Both the position numbers and the translations under genes were made by a program. 64,000 nucleotides of DNA, taken from contig JAQBXT010000001.1 of the NCBI GenBank assembly GCA_027624175.1, positions 32,842-96,841 on the forward strand. The letters are read 5' to 3'. A model generated the notes under the pieces. It made no database searches. It was given only the letters and a program-made list of their open reading frames with translations, and was not told the origin of the DNA. This DNA is from Pseudomonadota bacterium. GTDB taxonomy: Bacteria; Pseudomonadota; Gammaproteobacteria; Burkholderiales; SG8-39. Below, piece by piece: positions 61,813 through 64,000 of the stretch. Positions within the stretch are counted from its first letter, which is position 1. The number at the start of each line of letters is the position of its first letter.

Positions 61813-63042
61813 TTATTTAAACAGCCTGCTGGCCGGGAAGGGCAGCGCCTTGCTGCCCAGCTGTTCCTCGATGCGCAGGCCTTCGTTCCACTTCGCCATG
61901 CGCTCCGAGCGCGCGAAGCTGCCGACCTTGAGCTGGGGCACGCCCCAGCCCACCGCCAGGTGCACGATGCTGACGTCCTCGGTCTCGCCGGAGCGCGCGG
62001 AAACGATCGCGCGCATGCCTTTCGCTTGCGCCTCGGTCCAGCAGGCAAGCGTCTCGGTCAAGGTGCCGACCTGGTTCGGTTTCAGCAGGACGGTGTTCGC
62101 CAGCTGTGCATCCAACTTTTGCGCGCTGGTGACGAACAGGTCGTCGCCGACGATCTGCACGCGCGCGCCGGCGGCCTCGGTGAAGGCCCGCATCGCCGGC
62201 GCGTCGTTCTCCGCGAACGGATCCTCGATGGAAACGATGGGATAGGCGTCCAGCCAGCGCAGCAGCATGGCGTGCAGCTGCTCCGCCGTGAGCGAGCGCT
62301 TGTCCAGCGCGAGCTGATAGCGCCCGCCGCGGTAGAACTGGCTGGCCGCCACGTCGAGCGCGATGGCGACGTCGGCGCCGGGCTCGAAGCCGGCGTCGCT
62401 GATCGCGCCCACCAGCTCGGCAAGGCCTTCCTCGTTCGACTTGAACGACGGCCAGTAACCGCCTTCGTCGGCCACGCCCTGCAGCGTGCCTTTTTTCGCC
62501 AGCCTGGCGCCGGCGGCGCGGTAGACCTCGGCGATCCACTCCAGGCTCTCGGAAAAACTGCCGGCGCCAGGGCAGACCACCATGTAGTCCTGGATGTCCA
62601 CGCGCCCGCGGGCGTGCGCGCCGCCGCCGAAGATCTGCACCTGCGGCACCGGCATCGCCACGCGCTTCTCGCCGGCGAGGTAGCGCCACAGCGGTTTGCG
62701 CGCCGCGGCCGCCGAAGCATGCGCGCAGGCGAGCGACACGGCGACGAGGGCATTGGCGCCCAGGCGCGACTTGTCCGGCGTGCCGTCGAGCGTGATGAGC
62801 TTGCGGTCCACGGTCTCCTGCTGGCGCGCATCCACGCCGAGCAAGGCGTCGCGGATCGCGGTATTCACGTTGCGCACGGCAAGGTCCGCGGCCAGCGCCT
62901 TCGCCTCACCGGCGCCGGTCGAGGCGCCTGCGGGTGCGATGGCACGTCCGCGCACGCCCTTGAGATGCACCTCGGCTTCCACGGTGGGCCGCCCGCGCGA
63001 ATCCCAGACGCGGCGCGCGCGGACGTCTACGATTCTTGCCAT
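61813..63042 (-). CDS. Enolase family protein, divergent paralog
   Basis: DSRGRPTVEAE, GASTG, DEGG, SIEDP, GDDLFVT, KPNQVG, RSGETED. Confidence 0.88.
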   Translation of the reverse strand: MARIVDVRARRVWDSRGRPTVEAEVHLKGVRGRAIAPAGASTGAGEAKALAADLAVRNVNTAIRDALLGVDARQQETVDRKLITLDGTPDKSRLGANALVAVSLACAHASAAAARKPLWRYLAGEKRVAMPVPQVQIFGGGAHARGRVDIQDYMVVCPGAGSFSESLEWIAEVYRAAGARLAKKGTLQGVADEGGYWPSFKSNEEGLAELVGAISDAGFEPGADVAIALDVAASQFYRGGRYQLALDKRSLTAEQLHAMLLRWLDAYPIVSIEDPFAENDAPAMRAFTEAAGARVQIVGDDLFVTSAQKLDAQLANTVLLKPNQVGTLTETLACWTEAQAKGMRAIVSARSGETEDVSIVHLAVGWGVPQLKVGSFARSERMAKWNEGLRIEEQLGSKALPFPASRLFK

Positions 63043-64000
63043 GCAGCGCGAATTTCGGCGAGCCGGGCGGGCGGCGAGGCGAGCAGGGTGCGCGCTACCT
63101 GGCGCACGCGCGCCTTCTGCGTTTCCTCCGTCAGGTACTCGACGGGCGATTTGCCGTCGACCCGCGCCAGCAGCAGGCCCGGCAGCAGGCTCGCCGCCCG
63201 CGCCTCCAGGCCTTGCGGCGCGTGGTGCGCGAGGTACGCCGCGGCGAGCGCGTCGAAGCACTCGAGAAAGCGCGCCTGCGCGCTCGGCACCCAGCAGCAC
63301 TTGAGCAGCAGGTGGTTGAGGCAGAACGCCAGGTCGAAGGCCGGATCGCCGTACCAGGCGCACTCGGCGTCCAGGAATACGGGCCCGTGCGGCCCGACGA
63401 GGATGTTTTTCGGACTGACGTCGCCGTGCACCAGGGCGACGCGCGTCGTGCCGGTACGTTGCGCGAGCGCGCGCAGCTGGGCGCCGACGTCCGGGTGCGC
63501 CGTCGCGGTGGCGAGCAGGTAGGGCTCGAGCCGGATGGCGTGAAATCCCGCATCGGTCGCGAACTGTCGCTCGAACCCGACATCGTTCGCCGTCGCCGCG
63601 TGAATGCGGGCCAGGCACGTGCCAACCTGGCGCGCGAATGCGGGATCGGCGCGGCCCGCGCGCAATTCGTCCTTCCACAGGGGGTGGCGCGCGCCGTCGA
63701 GAAACTCCATGGCGAACAATCCGCTCTCGTCGTGCGCCAGGATGCGCGGTGCGCTGCCCGGCGCGATGCGTGCCGCCGCCTGCATCCAGCGCCACTCGTA
63801 GCGATTGCGCTCGACCGGCGCCTCCCACAGCTGCGCTACGCGCAGCCGCGGCAGGGCGCGCTTCACGCACACCGGGCCCGAACGCAGCTCGACCTTCCAG
63901 ATGTCGGAGGACACCCCGCCGGTGAGGGCCACCGCCGCCGGGTTCTCGCCGTCGCCGGCGAGTCCCGTGGCGTGCAGGAATCCGAGCACCGCTTCAGGGA
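63027..64000 (-). CDS. APH/choline kinase-like phosphotransferase (5-methylthioribose kinase-like), 5' end possibly outside the window
   Basis: LTGGVSSD, VKRAL.RL, HGDVSPKN, LDAEC, GDPAFD, RVDGKSPVEYL. Confidence 0.85.
   Translation of the reverse strand, partial: PEAVLGFLHATGLAGDGENPAAVALTGGVSSDIWKVELRSGPVCVKRALPRLRVAQLWEAPVERNRYEWRWMQAAARIAPGSAPRILAHDESGLFAMEFLDGARHPLWKDELRAGRADPAFARQVGTCLARIHAATANDVGFERQFATDAGFHAIRLEPYLLATATAHPDVGAQLRALAQRTGTTRVALVHGDVSPKNILVGPHGPVFLDAECAWYGDPAFDLAFCLNHLLLKCCWVPSAQARFLECFDALAAAYLAHHAPQGLEARAASLLPGLLLARVDGKSPVEYLTEETQKARVRQVARTLLASPPARLAEIRAAWQES

Overview
GC-rich, gene-dense chromosomal window that looks betaproteobacterial (suhB/trmJ-cysE-iscRSUA-hscBA-fdx-iscX; msrA-PPIase-bolA-ispZ synteny). 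The middle holds a large aromatic-catabolism region: boxB, boxC, boxR, a flavodoxin where boxA would be expected, benzoate-CoA ligase and a TPR protein, then a stand-alone aroyl-CoA FAD monooxygenase, TetR, a 4-hydroxybenzoyl-CoA-reductase-like (hcrCAB) molybdoenzyme whose expected catalytic Glu appears to be Gln, TauD and a TRAP transporter. Also present: a RAYT transposase flanked by GTAG-type REPs (one further copy inside the isc operon), a secreted protein resembling the plant XLG/EDR4 domain, a decayed metal-stress block (two-component system, Met-rich Spy/CpxP, SHOCT, multicopper-oxidase remnant, DUF411), hemG behind a perfect FNR box, a cyanobacterial-type VKOR-thioredoxin fusion, a truncated Rieske oxygenase behind an aromatic-acid ABC transporter, and an APH-like kinase coupled to a divergent enolase. 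Three genes carry small frameshifts that may be assembly errors. No rRNA, tRNA or CRISPR array was seen. All family assignments come from recognising motifs by eye, not from database searches.
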